Shown: positions 9,805 through 20,486, counted from the stretch's first letter. The stretch: 64,000 nucleotides of DNA from Candidatus Velesiimonas alkalicola (GCA_013626165.1 NDHX01000006.1:2060-66059), one strand, 5' to 3'. Translations and numbers: made by a program. The notes: generated from the letters alone by a model not told the origin.

Positions 9805-11043
9805 TTAGTTAAACGGCGTCATTGTAAGAATTTTTTTAGCAATATCGGGATATTTTGCAATAAACCAGAGTTCTTCTTCCACAAGCGGTTTCTGATTGTG
9901 CACATTAGCGTATCTTGCAAGTTCAAGAATATTTGTGGCTTCCTGTTCATCTTTAAACTCTACTTCCATTTTATCGTATACATTTCTGAACCCTTTTATA
10001 CCAGAATATTCTCCAATAGTAATCTGCCTTCCGGTTTCAATAATTTCAGGCTCACCTCTTCCCAATTCCTCAAAATCATATAGTTCATAGTTTCGTCTAT
10101 TTTTAAGAGCACCATCAGCATGTATACCTGACTCATGAGCAAAAGCATTTGCACCAACGCCCGGCTGATTAATAGGAATGGGTATCCCAAATGCATATGA
10201 TGCATATTTACACAACTTCCATGCCATCTTTAGGTTAATTCTTTCATCTAAAATATACCTATCCTTATAACCGCTCCCGTGTTTTAATGCAAGAACAACT
10301 GCCACAAGGTCGGCATTGCCTGCTCTTTCACCCATACCATTGATACAGGTATTGATATAGGCATCTACTCCAGAGTCAACAGCCGCCATAGCGCCTACAA
10401 CGGAGTTCGCAACCACCATCCCAAGGTCATTATGACAATGCAGTTCAATTGGAATTTTGACCTGTCTTAAAATTTTTTTAATATTTTTGTATATTGTAAA
10501 CGGAGTATCATATCCTAATGTATCGCAATACCTGAATCTGTCTGCCCCTGATTTTTTTGCTGCTTGAACAAACTCAATCAAATATTCTATCTGTGTTCTA
10601 GATGCATCTTCAGCATTTACTCCTAAGATTTTTATGCCCATCTTTTTTGCCAGTTGGACAGCACTGCTCATTTCTTTTATTACAGCCACATAGTCCATCT
10701 TATCCTTGAATTTATGTGTAATCATCTGGTCAGATGTTGAAATTGAAAGATTCAAGTATTTTATATCAGGACATCTTTGCACCGCAGTTTGAACATCTTT
10801 TTCAATTGCTCTTATCCACCCGCTCAGTCTGATGGGAGACAGCACACCTCTTTTTGCTAATTCAAGATTAGCATTAAGATAATTTGTCTCATGAGATGTA
10901 ACGGGAAAACCAAATTCGCTTTGAAGCACGCCAAATTTATTCAAGTGTATATTAAGAAGTGTCTTCTGAAGTTTTGAAAGACAAATCCTTGATGTTTGCA
11001 CTCCATCTCTGTTTGTTACATCAATAATATAAATCTTCGGCAT
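9805..11043 (-). CDS. DRE-TIM acyltransferase of the homocitrate synthase family, most like Dehalococcoides-type Re-citrate synthase
   Basis: DVTNRDGVQ, HCHNDLG, GMGERAGNADL, AHESGIHADG; resemblance to the Dehalococcoides enzyme is from recall. Confidence 0.8.
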   Translation of the reverse strand: MPKIYIIDVTNRDGVQTSRICLSKLQKTLLNIHLNKFGVLQSEFGFPVTSHETNYLNANLELAKRGVLSPIRLSGWIRAIEKDVQTAVQRCPDIKYLNLSISTSDQMITHKFKDKMDYVAVIKEMSSAVQLAKKMGIKILGVNAEDASRTQIEYLIEFVQAAKKSGADRFRYCDTLGYDTPFTIYKNIKKILRQVKIPIELHCHNDLGMVVANSVVGAMAAVDSGVDAYINTCINGMGERAGNADLVAVVLALKHGSGYKDRYILDERINLKMAWKLCKYASYAFGIPIPINQPGVGANAFAHESGIHADGALKNRRNYELYDFEELGRGEPEIIETGRQITIGEYSGIKGFRNVYDKMEVEFKDEQEATNILELARYANVHNQKPLVEEELWFIAKYPDIAKKILTMTPFN

Positions 11044-11122
11044 AAGACCCCTTTATAATAAAGATAATAAAAAAATAACAAATGACAAATGACAAATGGC
11101 GGTTTCCTGAACTGACAAAAAT

Positions 11123-12313
11123 TTAACCAATTCCCCTGATAAATTTTTCAAGTCTGTTTAATCCTTCAATAATATTTTCCATAGATGTTGCATATGAAAA
11201 CCTCAAATAATTATCATCGCCAAATACACAGCCTGGTACCACAGCAATATGGGCATAACTTAAAAGTAGGTCTGCCATTTGTAAAGAGTTTTCAATTGCA
11301 CGACCATTGAATTTTTGCCCTAAAATATCTGATATATTAACCCAACAATAAAATGCACCCTGCGGCATCACAGCAGATAATCCATTTATAGAATTTATCC
11401 TGCTAATAATATAATCCCGTCTTTTCTTAAACTCCATAACCATTTTACTTAAATCGCCTTGATCTCCTGTTAGAGCCTCCACTGCTGCTTTCTGCGAAAT
11501 TGAGACAGGATTTGAGGTAGAATGGTCTTGCAGATTAGACATTGCTTGAATAATCTGTTTTGGTCCTGCTGTCCAACCTATACGCCAGCCCGTCATAGCA
11601 TATGCCTTTGAAAGACCGTTCACAACCAATGTGCGTTCTTTAATTTCTTTACCAAGACAAGCAATACTGGTATGCTTTGTGTCATAGACAATCTTTTCAT
11701 AGATTTCATCCGAAATACAGTAAATACCGGATTGGATAATAATCTTGCTTATCTGTTCCATCTCACTTTTGGTATAAACCATACCTGTGGGATTAGAAGG
11801 AGAATTAAGTATAAAAAGCTTTGTTTTTGGAGTAATGGCATATTCAAGTTGATGGGGTGTAATTTTAAAATTATGTCTTTGTGTCGTTTTAAGAACAATT
11901 TCTTTTGCCCCGACTATTTGAATCATTTCCGGATAGCTTACCCAGTAAGGGCTTGGTAAGATTATCTCACTTTTTTCATCGCAAAGAGCAAAAATTATAT
12001 TAAATATAGAATGTTTTGCACCGCAGGATACAATGATCTCATCAGGTTGATATTCTAATTGATTGTCAGACTTAAACTTTTGACAGATTGCATCCTTTAG
12101 CTCTTTTATACCTGAACTTGCAGTGTACTTGGTAAAACCCTTATCAATAGCAGTTTTTGCCGCTTTTTTAATATTTATTGGCGTATCAAAGTCCGGTTCG
12201 CCTGTACCAAAATCAATAACATCAATACCCTCTGCTTTCATTTTCTTGGCTCTGTCAGTGATATTTAAGGTAGGCGAAGGATTGATATGACTTACCCTTT
12301 TTGAAATCAACAT
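11123..12313 (-). CDS. aspC: Aspartate aminotransferase (class I/II)
   Basis: GEPDFDTP, NSPSNPTG, SDEIYE, SKAYAMTGWRIG. Confidence 0.9.
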   Translation of the reverse strand: MLISKRVSHINPSPTLNITDRAKKMKAEGIDVIDFGTGEPDFDTPINIKKAAKTAIDKGFTKYTASSGIKELKDAICQKFKSDNQLEYQPDEIIVSCGAKHSIFNIIFALCDEKSEIILPSPYWVSYPEMIQIVGAKEIVLKTTQRHNFKITPHQLEYAITPKTKLFILNSPSNPTGMVYTKSEMEQISKIIIQSGIYCISDEIYEKIVYDTKHTSIACLGKEIKERTLVVNGLSKAYAMTGWRIGWTAGPKQIIQAMSNLQDHSTSNPVSISQKAAVEALTGDQGDLSKMVMEFKKRRDYIISRINSINGLSAVMPQGAFYCWVNISDILGQKFNGRAIENSLQMADLLLSYAHIAVVPGCVFGDDNYLRFSYATSMENIIEGLNRLEKFIRGIG

Positions 12314-12387
12314 TCATAACTCCTGTACATCGCATAGAGAGGGTCACAAAAAACCCCATATGTGGGGAGCCATATTGTAGATAAAAG

Positions 12388-12453
12388 AAAGTTGCCGAAG
12401 GCAATTTGGGCGAAGGTGCGAAGTGGCTGAGCTGTATAGCCCGCTGTTAGGCG
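12388..12453 (-). other. Truncated attC-like half site
   Basis: Minus strand GCCTAAC (RYYYAAC) followed by agcgggctatac...ttgccttcggcaa hairpin; right half missing. Confidence 0.35.
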
Positions 12454-12615
12454 ACGTGCCCAGCAAACCTTCATTAATCTCATTTTACTAATACCATCTC
12501 AGGGAGAATCCTCCCATAATACGAACAGCCAAATCCTTATGAATTGCAAAAAAGAGTTTTCGTGGTAGTCTTGCAACATAGCTTTCTATTGATTTGTAGG
12601 AAATAGGGGACGGAG

Positions 12616-13221
12616 CTAACTTAATAATTTAATCTTCCTCTTTTCCACTGCCATTTCCCCTTTAACTATATTTTTAGATACGGCAGGTTGGGAGATCTCT
12701 AAAAATCGCCCAATCTCTGTCGTGCTTATCCCTAACTGTTTACTTGCGAAATAACAAACTATTCCCTTAGCATCTGATATTAAATTAGCGCGTCCCTTTC
12801 TTTTTAAATCTCTGGTTTCCATGTTTAGTAACGCGCAAATCTTCTCAGATATGGTTTCCAAGCCCCATCCTTCTTTTTGGAACTTATCCCTTCTGTCTAA
12901 GGTTTCTTCTGCGTCCCGCAGTACCTTATTAACAAAATCACTATCTCCCAATATGCGTTCATCACCCCGCCAATATTCTTTCTTGCGTCTCATATTAATC
13001 AATTCAGACCAACCTCCTGCGCTTCGTAATAGTCCCCCCCCTGAAAAATCTATTGCAGCGATTTTACCAATGCCGTCAGCGATAAATTCTCTGTATTTCT
13101 TCACAGCTTCTTTTTTATTTTTTCCAAACCACAGCAAAAGTTCATCTACGCTCTGCCAGCTGCGTTTTTTATTACCCATTATAACGGCGTGTCCATTTTG
13201 TCTCTTATTCTTTCTTTCCAA
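12616..13221 (-). pseudogene. C-terminal half of a REP-associated (RAYT/Y1-like) transposase with C-terminal HTH
   Basis: GGGLLRSAGGW, DERILGDSDFV, IGRFLEISQPAVS; HUH N-terminus absent. Confidence 0.7.
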
Positions 13222-13802
13222 TTTATAATATCTGCCAAAACATCTATAGATTCAACTTTAACTTTGCTTTGAAGCACACAAAGAGGAGATATATCAATAC
13301 CAACACAGTTTATACCCAAAAGTTGAGCCTCTAAGGCAGTTGTTCCACTTCCTATAAAGGGATCAAGAACACTATCACCTTGATTAAGTCCTATTATATT
13401 CAAAAGAGCCCTAATCATTTGGGGATGAAATTTACCTTTGTAAGGGTAAATCCAATGAGTAAGGTATTGATTGACAGACCTTGTTCTGTTTTTCTGAATT
13501 ATTTGAAGATAATCGGTAAATCTTTTACCAACGGATTTTAAGTATGCTGTTCGTTTTATCAATTTTTCGTCCAACTCATTTGATTTGTTACTCACTTTAA
13601 ACTCTCTCAATCCATTTGTGGTAACAAAATTACCGCCTAATGCCCTTAATTCTAATTGTGCCAATGACAGTTCATAGATAAATTGAACATTATCCAGCAA
13701 TGTTACATCTGAATTCACTGATTGTTTCATATCATAAGCCCAGAATTCTTGAATTTCCTCTGTTTTTTTCATCATCTTTTGTCCTTTATATGTTTCTGTC
13801 AT
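13179..13802 (-). pseudogene. N4/N6 DNA methyltransferase, N-terminal fragment
   Basis: THWIYPYKGKFHPQM, VLDPFIGSGTT SAM motif; no catalytic SPPY/DPPY, runs into the transposase fragment. Confidence 0.75.
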
Positions 13803-14018
13803 TAGTTTATCTCTTTATATTTATGGGCGAAATGGCGTATAACCGTTGGATAACCTGCAATCCCACTGATTTCAAATTTTAAATCCCCGTTTTCACAAAG
13901 ACAAGTTTTGATTGAATTCTTAAATTATTTAATTTTTAAACATTTAAAATTTAGAGTAAAGTATTGTTATAGCACTAAATATTATTAAGTTTATAATTAA
14001 AAAGCAATTTCAAAACTT

Positions 14019-14068
14019 TTGTCATTTGACACTTGTCATTTAACATTTGTCATTTGAGATTTGTCATT
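14019..14068. repeat. Heptamer tandem array (tttgtca-like)
   Basis: tttgtca tttgaca cttgtca tttaaca tttgtca tttgaga tttgtca; similar arrays near 60-90 and 11079-11098. Confidence 0.7.
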
Positions 14069-14089
14069 TTTTTATCAGAACGGCTAAGG

Positions 14090-14287
14090 TTAAACCATAG
14101 AGACAACAGATACAGCCTTAAATGGGCAGGTTTCTATGCACAACCTACAATTTTTACATCTACTTGTGTTAATAACTATCTTCTTCTCTTCGGGCTTAAA
14201 AATAATTGCATTAGGTTCGGGGCAGGCAAAAATACATAACCTGCACCCTTTACATTTTTCTTTATCAACCCCCGCGGCAAAATACAT
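14090..14287 (-). CDS. 2x[4Fe-4S] ferredoxin-like epsilon subunit of 2-oxoacid:ferredoxin oxidoreductase
   Basis: CKGCRLCIFACP and CKNCRLCIETCP; start MYFAA after RBS. Confidence 0.85.
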   Translation of the reverse strand: MYFAAGVDKEKCKGCRLCIFACPEPNAIIFKPEEKKIVINTSRCKNCRLCIETCPFKAVSVVSMV

Positions 14288-14354
14288 ATCCTCTTTTTTA
14301 CCTTTCCTAATTAATATTCCTTTACCCGTTAGAAATATCAATTTTGCTATCTGG

Positions 14355-15077
14355 TTAAACAAAATTTCTAACGGGGTTTATCTTCTCACTTGCCTTTCTA
14401 ACAATTTCCATATTTTTTTCTATCAGTTGGGCTACATTAGCAAATTTACTCTTCATAGTGTCATCAAGAGCGGCGGTGGTTGCAGAAGCCACGAATTTCT
14501 TTTTGCCAAACCTTTCTTCTAAAGACTCCTGCAGGGCTTTCAAAGAGACAACCTTAGTAATACCCACCAATGCTCCTAACATCGCAATATTGGTTGAAAG
14601 TTCCGTCCTGGCTATATCCATAGCAATAGAGGTAGCCGGGATATAAAACAGTTTTACCTTCAGTGTGATTAAGTTGCTCTTGTCCTCATCGGATAGACTT
14701 AAAGGTTCACTTGCATTAATTATCAACAGCCCTTCCTTCTTCAGTCCATCATAAAAAGGCATTGTATAACACTTTCCCAAGGTAATCACATGAGGATGAA
14801 AAATCATAATTATATTGGGATAAATGATTTCACCCCGCTCGTATATCTTCTCTGATGAGATGCGCACATAACTTTCAGCAGGAGCAAGCCTTTTTTCTGC
14901 CCCAAAGAAGGGATTGACAGTGCTAAATTTGCCGTCTCTAACCACGGCCCCGCCAAGTATATGGGCAGCGGTTACCACTCCCTGTCCTCCCAGTCCAGAC
15001 ATTCTAATGGTTAAATCATCTTGTTTTACCCCATTAAAAATATTCTTATCAACTACTGTCGTATTTTTTATCAGCAT
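14355..15077 (-). CDS. 2-oxoacid:ferredoxin oxidoreductase gamma subunit (ForG-like)
   Basis: GLGGQGVVT, PFFGAEKRLAPAESYVRI. Confidence 0.9.
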   Translation of the reverse strand: MLIKNTTVVDKNIFNGVKQDDLTIRMSGLGGQGVVTAAHILGGAVVRDGKFSTVNPFFGAEKRLAPAESYVRISSEKIYERGEIIYPNIIMIFHPHVITLGKCYTMPFYDGLKKEGLLIINASEPLSLSDEDKSNLITLKVKLFYIPATSIAMDIARTELSTNIAMLGALVGITKVVSLKALQESLEERFGKKKFVASATTAALDDTMKSKFANVAQLIEKNMEIVRKASEKINPVRNFV

Positions 15078-15106
15078 TTTCTCCTTATATGTCCCAGCCA
15101 GAATTT

Positions 15107-15970
15107 CTAACGGGGTTTATTTACCACCTCCAATCCTTCCACAAATTCCTTTGCAGGAGGGCTTAAATATTCCTTTATTGGATAAGAACCATCTTTTTCT
15201 TTTTCTTTTGCTCTTTTTAAGGATTCTTGAGGCTTAAATTTGTAATTGGTGGGGCAGGGACAATAAATTTGAACATATGTTGGGCCTAGTTCTCTGGCAA
15301 TAAGAATTGCCTGTTTGACTACCTTTCCTAAACGTTTGGGACTGGCCGGAGTTATCGTTGCTGAATAGACACAGCCTGCATCGCGGGCAATCTCGGGCAG
15401 AGAAATCTTGGGGAATTTTTTCCCCGTAGGAGCCATATTAAGCACCGCTCCCTCACAAGACATACCGCTTTCCTGGCCGCCAGTATTGGAGTAAGACTCA
15501 TTGTCAAGCATTATGGTAGTAATCTTCTCTCTTCTGAACCAGGAGTGCATTACCATGCCTAATCCAATATCGCCAATTCCGCCATCTCCGCCTATTACCA
15601 CTACATCTTTTGCTTTTTGAGGAAACCGTATCTTTAAAGCACGCTTTAATCCTGTAGCAACCGCATTCTGGTTGCCAAAGAGAGAGTGGATATTGTGGAT
15701 GGCTACCTGAGAAAAGGATAGACTATTACAACCGGTTGTCCCCACAATCACTGTATCCTCAGGGTTGGGCAAGGATGCTAAAATTAACCGCAGGGAAAGA
15801 GCCAATCCGCAACCGGCACACAGAGGATGCTCTTCTATCAACTCTTTAAAAGTTCCTAATTTATCAACATCCAATCCCCTGCCATATGGGCCATCTTTAA
15901 CCAGGTTACGATAATCCTCAGGCATTATCTCTTCAAATCCGGGTGAGATTTTAACTATATTTGCACTCAT
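15107..15970 (-). CDS. 2-oxoacid:ferredoxin oxidoreductase beta subunit, TPP-binding (ForB-like)
   Basis: CAGCG, GDG...LDNESYSNTGGQ. Confidence 0.92.
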   Translation of the reverse strand: MSANIVKISPGFEEIMPEDYRNLVKDGPYGRGLDVDKLGTFKELIEEHPLCAGCGLALSLRLILASLPNPEDTVIVGTTGCNSLSFSQVAIHNIHSLFGNQNAVATGLKRALKIRFPQKAKDVVVIGGDGGIGDIGLGMVMHSWFRREKITTIMLDNESYSNTGGQESGMSCEGAVLNMAPTGKKFPKISLPEIARDAGCVYSATITPASPKRLGKVVKQAILIARELGPTYVQIYCPCPTNYKFKPQESLKRAKEKEKDGSYPIKEYLSPPAKEFVEGLEVVNKPR

Positions 15971-17132
15971 TTAAGGCCTCCTGCTGTTTTTTTATTTCAT
16001 TAGATATCAGTTCTACAGGCATTGTCATTCCGCCAAACACCCTCGGAGCACCAACCACCCTGGAATTATCTTCAATAACTGATTTAATCTCTCTTGCTAA
16101 CCAGCCAGTGATATTAAATTCAGGAACAATGATGGCTTTTTTGTTTTTGACCAATCTTCTAATCTCTTCTGCGGGAAAAGGTCTGAGTACTTTCAATTTC
16201 GCCAATCCTACTTTTATTCCCTCTTTTTCGGCTCTAATTATAGCCTCCTTTGCCTGGGAAGCCGCTGTTCCGGAGGCCACGATCAGGATATCGGCATCTT
16301 CGTTTTCAGTTTCAAGAAAACCACCTAAATATTTTTTTATATGTTTTCTTGCCCTTTCACCAGCAGCACGTACTTCCTGCTGCCAGGAGGCATGAGCAGC
16401 ATAACTTATAAAATTTGACTTCATCACAAAAGGATCCCGCATCTGTCTTACCGGTGGGGTTTCCATATCCATTACCGGAACAGGAGACATGTAAGGGTTA
16501 TATGAAGGAAGTTTAATATCCTCGGGAGGTACTTCTACAAGTTCTCTGGTGTGGGTAACAAAGAAACCATCAGCAAATACCCCGATGGGCAAATGGACAT
16601 CTGGCTTTTCAGCAATAATAAAACTTTTAAGAATCATATCAAAAAGATCCTGGGCAGTCTCTGCATGAAATATAAGCATCCCGGTGTCTAACATAAACCC
16701 TATTTCAATAGTATCCGGCTGGATAGTCAAAGGAGAGTTTACTCCCCGGCAAAAAAAAGCGCAGACAACAGGCAGTCTTGCCCCGGCCCAGGTAGGAAAC
16801 ATCTCAAATGCGCGCAATGTTCCTGGACCTCCGGTTGCGGTAAAAACTCTTACCCCTCCCATAGAAGCACCGGCAACTGCTGACATTACACCCAATTCAT
16901 CTTCTCCCCGGTAATAGTCTTTAAGATAGCCTTGGGCATAAATATCCCCTACTAAATGCATACTCTCTGACTGAGGGGTAATTGGATAAGAAACAGCCAT
17001 ATCTACATTGGCTCTTTTAATTGCTTCCCGGACTGCTTCACTACCTGTAATAAACTGTTTCTCTCTTCTGGCTTTAAAAAAGATCTCCTCTGGCTCTACT
17101 ATTTTTTGCTCAATCACTTTCTGTTCTATCAT
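15951..17132 (-). CDS. 2-oxoacid:ferredoxin oxidoreductase alpha subunit (ForA-like)
   Basis: YPITPQSE, DGFFVTH, LRPFP. Confidence 0.92.
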   Translation of the reverse strand: MIEQKVIEQKIVEPEEIFFKARREKQFITGSEAVREAIKRANVDMAVSYPITPQSESMHLVGDIYAQGYLKDYYRGEDELGVMSAVAGASMGGVRVFTATGGPGTLRAFEMFPTWAGARLPVVCAFFCRGVNSPLTIQPDTIEIGFMLDTGMLIFHAETAQDLFDMILKSFIIAEKPDVHLPIGVFADGFFVTHTRELVEVPPEDIKLPSYNPYMSPVPVMDMETPPVRQMRDPFVMKSNFISYAAHASWQQEVRAAGERARKHIKKYLGGFLETENEDADILIVASGTAASQAKEAIIRAEKEGIKVGLAKLKVLRPFPAEEIRRLVKNKKAIIVPEFNITGWLAREIKSVIEDNSRVVGAPRVFGGMTMPVELISNEIKKQQEALNECKYS

Positions 17133-17719
17133 CTCCTGCCTTTTCTTTCTGCTTTTGCTCTTTTTATCACCTCTGTTAGTTGTCTTACCTTTTCAGTATG
17201 TACATCCCTTAATGTAATCATCGCATCTTCATGACCGTATTCTCCGCACAAAGCTATAGTATAACAATTGGTTCCACCGCGGACAATTTTTAAGGCAAGA
17301 TTAGCGTAATGACAGTGCACGCCTATAAAGACACAAACATCAATCTTATTATGCCATATGGTAAGGTTGGGATGGTTGGGATTGATTTCTTCTCTGGGAT
17401 TAATCGTTGGATATTTTGGCCTGTAATCAGGCATAGGAATTATCTTTGCAGGAACCACCTCTGTCATTTCTTTTACTGCTTTTGCTTTTTCTACTGCTTT
17501 CTCATTCCAGGCCCAGAGAATGAGCGGTCCTGGAAAAAAGAAAGGGTTTTTTGCAGAAAGTAATTTCTCCGCTATTTTTTCCATTGCCTCTTCTTCAGGC
17601 ACAATCCTACCTTCCACCAATGCCTCTCCTTCATCAGGAAGCACCACTCCCATAGAAGCCGCAGATGGTGATAAGTAGCCCTCTGGCCCAGCAAGAACAG
17701 GGTAATCAACTTTTTGCAT
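17129..17719 (-). CDS. Delta subunit of a five-subunit 2-oxoacid:ferredoxin oxidoreductase (CODH-beta-like fold, ForD-like)
   Basis: MPDYRPKYP, NPNHPNLTIWHNKID, GVHCHYAN; first gene of the operon. Confidence 0.8.
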   Translation of the reverse strand: MQKVDYPVLAGPEGYLSPSAASMGVVLPDEGEALVEGRIVPEEEAMEKIAEKLLSAKNPFFFPGPLILWAWNEKAVEKAKAVKEMTEVVPAKIIPMPDYRPKYPTINPREEINPNHPNLTIWHNKIDVCVFIGVHCHYANLALKIVRGGTNCYTIALCGEYGHEDAMITLRDVHTEKVRQLTEVIKRAKAERKGRR

Positions 17720-17856
17720 TTTTCTTCCTATGTTAAAAGTCAAATAATTCCACACCGAAGACCCGTGTTCCTTAAGAGACAAGTTGGAACAGGGGCAAAA
17801 GAAGAGGAATTGTGAAAACTATGATATAACATTGTTTAAGATGTGTCAAGAAAAAA

Positions 17857-19038
17857 TTACTTTCCAAACAATTTTTTCAAGTTTAAGATCAAGACCGGGA
17901 CAATCTCATTTAAGTCTCCTACAATCCCATATGTTGCAAACTGAAATATAGGTGCATTGGGGTCTTTGTTTATTGCAATGATTACACTTGAGGATTGCAT
18001 ACCTGCAAGGTGTTGTATTGCCCCTGATATTCCAACCGCAATATATAATTTTGGACATACTGTCCTACCTGTCTGCCCAACCTGGTGAGAATACGGCATC
18101 CAACCAGCATCCACCGCCGCCCTTGATGCACCGACAGCACCACCTAATACTGATGCAAGTTCCTCAATCATCTTAAAGTTTTCCTGCTTGCCAAGCCCTC
18201 TGCCACCTGATACGATTATATTTGCCTCTGAAAGATTTGCGGTTGATATGGTTTCGTCAAACCTATCAAAAAATTTCACTCTTGAATACATTATTCGTGG
18301 TTCAATACTTTCAATTATTACCTCTCCTTTTCTTGAAGTGTCTGGGGTTGCCTCTTTCATTACCTTGTGTCTTACTGTTGCCATCTGTGGTCTTTTATAA
18401 GGGCATAGTATTGTTGCCATAATATTACCGCCGAATGCAGGTTTTGTCTGCAACAATAATTTTTTTTCTTTATCAATATCAAGCCCTGTGCAATCTGCTG
18501 TAAGACCGGTTTTTAATTGAACAGCAACCCTTGGTATAAGAGATCTTCCGATAAATGTAGCGCCTGTAAGAACAATCTCAGGTTTATATTTATTTATAAG
18601 ATATGTTAATACATTACTGTATGCCTCATCTAAATAATCTCTTAAAACAGTGTCATCTACAACATATACCCTGTTAGAACCCTTTGATATAAGTTCTGCT
18701 GCATGCTGTGTTATATTTTCACCCAAAAGGACACTGCATAGTTCTGTATTAAGTTTATCTGCAAGTTCTCTTCCCTCCCCAAGAAGCTCATATACCACTG
18801 TCTGAATCTTCCCTTGTTTTTGTTCTGCAAATACCCACACACACCCATATTGTACGGATTTTTCATCTCTTACAATTGTAATAGCATTAAACTTACAAGC
18901 CTTTATACAGGCATTGCAGAGCGTGCGGTTTTCATTGATAACAGTAATCTTATCTATAACACCAATTGCATCAGACAAGCAAGCCTTTATACACAAGAGG
19001 CAACCGATACTCTTGTTCTTATCAACATTTATTGACAT
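17857..19038 (-). CDS. etfA: Electron transfer flavoprotein alpha subunit with degenerate N-terminal ferredoxin domain
   Basis: GLTADCT, RPQMATVR, GASRAAVD, QVGQTG, GISGAIQH. Confidence 0.93.
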   Translation of the reverse strand: MSINVDKNKSIGCLLCIKACLSDAIGVIDKITVINENRTLCNACIKACKFNAITIVRDEKSVQYGCVWVFAEQKQGKIQTVVYELLGEGRELADKLNTELCSVLLGENITQHAAELISKGSNRVYVVDDTVLRDYLDEAYSNVLTYLINKYKPEIVLTGATFIGRSLIPRVAVQLKTGLTADCTGLDIDKEKKLLLQTKPAFGGNIMATILCPYKRPQMATVRHKVMKEATPDTSRKGEVIIESIEPRIMYSRVKFFDRFDETISTANLSEANIIVSGGRGLGKQENFKMIEELASVLGGAVGASRAAVDAGWMPYSHQVGQTGRTVCPKLYIAVGISGAIQHLAGMQSSSVIIAINKDPNAPIFQFATYGIVGDLNEIVPVLILNLKKLFGK

Positions 19039-19335
19039 ATCATCTCCTTATTTTAATGCAGGGTTGACTTTTGAATATTATAACAAAAAAAGATTAAGAC
19101 AAATAAAAATGTTTCTATTATTCCCGTGTAAGATTACCCCTACGAAAATAGAGGTTTGCTCCTGCTTGCAAGAAAAATTTTAAAAGCCGAATTTCCAAAT
19201 TGAATTGGGGAATAACACAAAGACTTCCCCCTTTTTTGACTTACACTTTCTTTAGAATACAATTCAATAGGTAAAGTTTTACCCATTGAAATAAACTTAA
19301 AATATTTTAACCAAGATTAGAAGTATCGCATAAAT

Positions 19336-20353
19336 TGTTTTACAACTATAGGTTAAACTAAATAAAAATAGATAATTACCGATAATATATATAAGAGGAT
19401 ATATGGAAATAAGGTTACATAAGAATGCTACTACCTTAAAGATAAGGGATGAGATAAAGAAAAGTAAATTAAGTATAAATGCATTAGCAACTAAATACAA
19501 TATAGGTTGGCATACAGCAAAAAGATGGAGGGAAAGAGAGGATATTCAGGATAGGACATCTCGTCCACACAAATTAAATATAACCTTAACTAAAGAGGAA
19601 GAAGACCTAATATTATTTGAGCGCAAACAAAAGAAATTATCTTGTGAGGATATATATTGTATCCTAAAAGATAAAATCCATAATTTATATCCTATGAAGG
19701 TATATAGATGTGTAGCAAGGAATGGGTTTGGGATAATACCAGAAGAATTTATAAAAGAAGAGAGAAAAATTAAGAAGTTCAAGAAATACACAATAGGGTA
19801 TTTGCATGTAGATACACTCTATGCGCCTAAAATAAACACGACCCAAAATCAAAGATTTTGTGTGCCCGGGCATTATATCTTCACCTGTATAGACAGAGTA
19901 TCAAAGTTAGCATATGTGATAGTAGTAAAGAATAAAAATATGAAAAATAGCAAGATATTATTAGAGAAGGTATTAAAATTTTATCCATATAAGATAAATT
20001 ATATTTTAACAGATAACGGACAAGAGTTTTGTTATAATGCCTTACCAAAGAGTAAAAAGACTAAAAAGATGCATCCATTTGTTAAAGTATGTAAGGATAA
20101 TAAAATACAGCACAGAACAATAAAATTTAAGCACCCATGGACAAATGGACAGGTAGAAGCAATAAATAAGAAAATTAAGCAAAGGGTATTGACAAAATAT
20201 ATTTTTTCTGATACATTAGATTTAGAAAATAAATTGATAGAGTTTACAGAGTATTATAACAAGGAGGCAAAATTAAAAACTTTGGGATATAGGTCTCCCA
20301 AAGAGTACTTAATTGAGAAATATAATATTCAACTAACGTAGCGTTGTAAAACA
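19336..20353 (+). mobile_element. IS481-family insertion sequence
   Basis: Terminal inverted repeats TGTTTTACAAC / GTTGTAAAACA around a single transposase ORF. Confidence 0.85.
19403..20341 (+). CDS. IS481-family DDE transposase
   Basis: LHKNATT start, GYLHVD, ILTDNGQEF, HPWTNGQVE. Confidence 0.92.
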   Translation: MEIRLHKNATTLKIRDEIKKSKLSINALATKYNIGWHTAKRWREREDIQDRTSRPHKLNITLTKEEEDLILFERKQKKLSCEDIYCILKDKIHNLYPMKVYRCVARNGFGIIPEEFIKEERKIKKFKKYTIGYLHVDTLYAPKINTTQNQRFCVPGHYIFTCIDRVSKLAYVIVVKNKNMKNSKILLEKVLKFYPYKINYILTDNGQEFCYNALPKSKKTKKMHPFVKVCKDNKIQHRTIKFKHPWTNGQVEAINKKIKQRVLTKYIFSDTLDLENKLIEFTEYYNKEAKLKTLGYRSPKEYLIEKYNIQLT

Positions 20354-20486
20354 ATTAAAGAAAAGACTAAAATCTATTCTGTTAGCAGGCAGGTAAAAAG
20401 GCAAAGAAAATTGTTTGACAGTTTAAGAAAGAAGAGTTAAAATAAAGTGGTCTTTTGAAAAAGTAATATGGGGTTTACTGAATTTA
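20354..20486 (-). repeat. Copy of the IS66-like left end (about 133 bp, direct repeat of 23675-23808)
   Basis: Near-identical sequence ending ggtttactgaatttac (GTAA terminus on minus strand). Confidence 0.75.
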
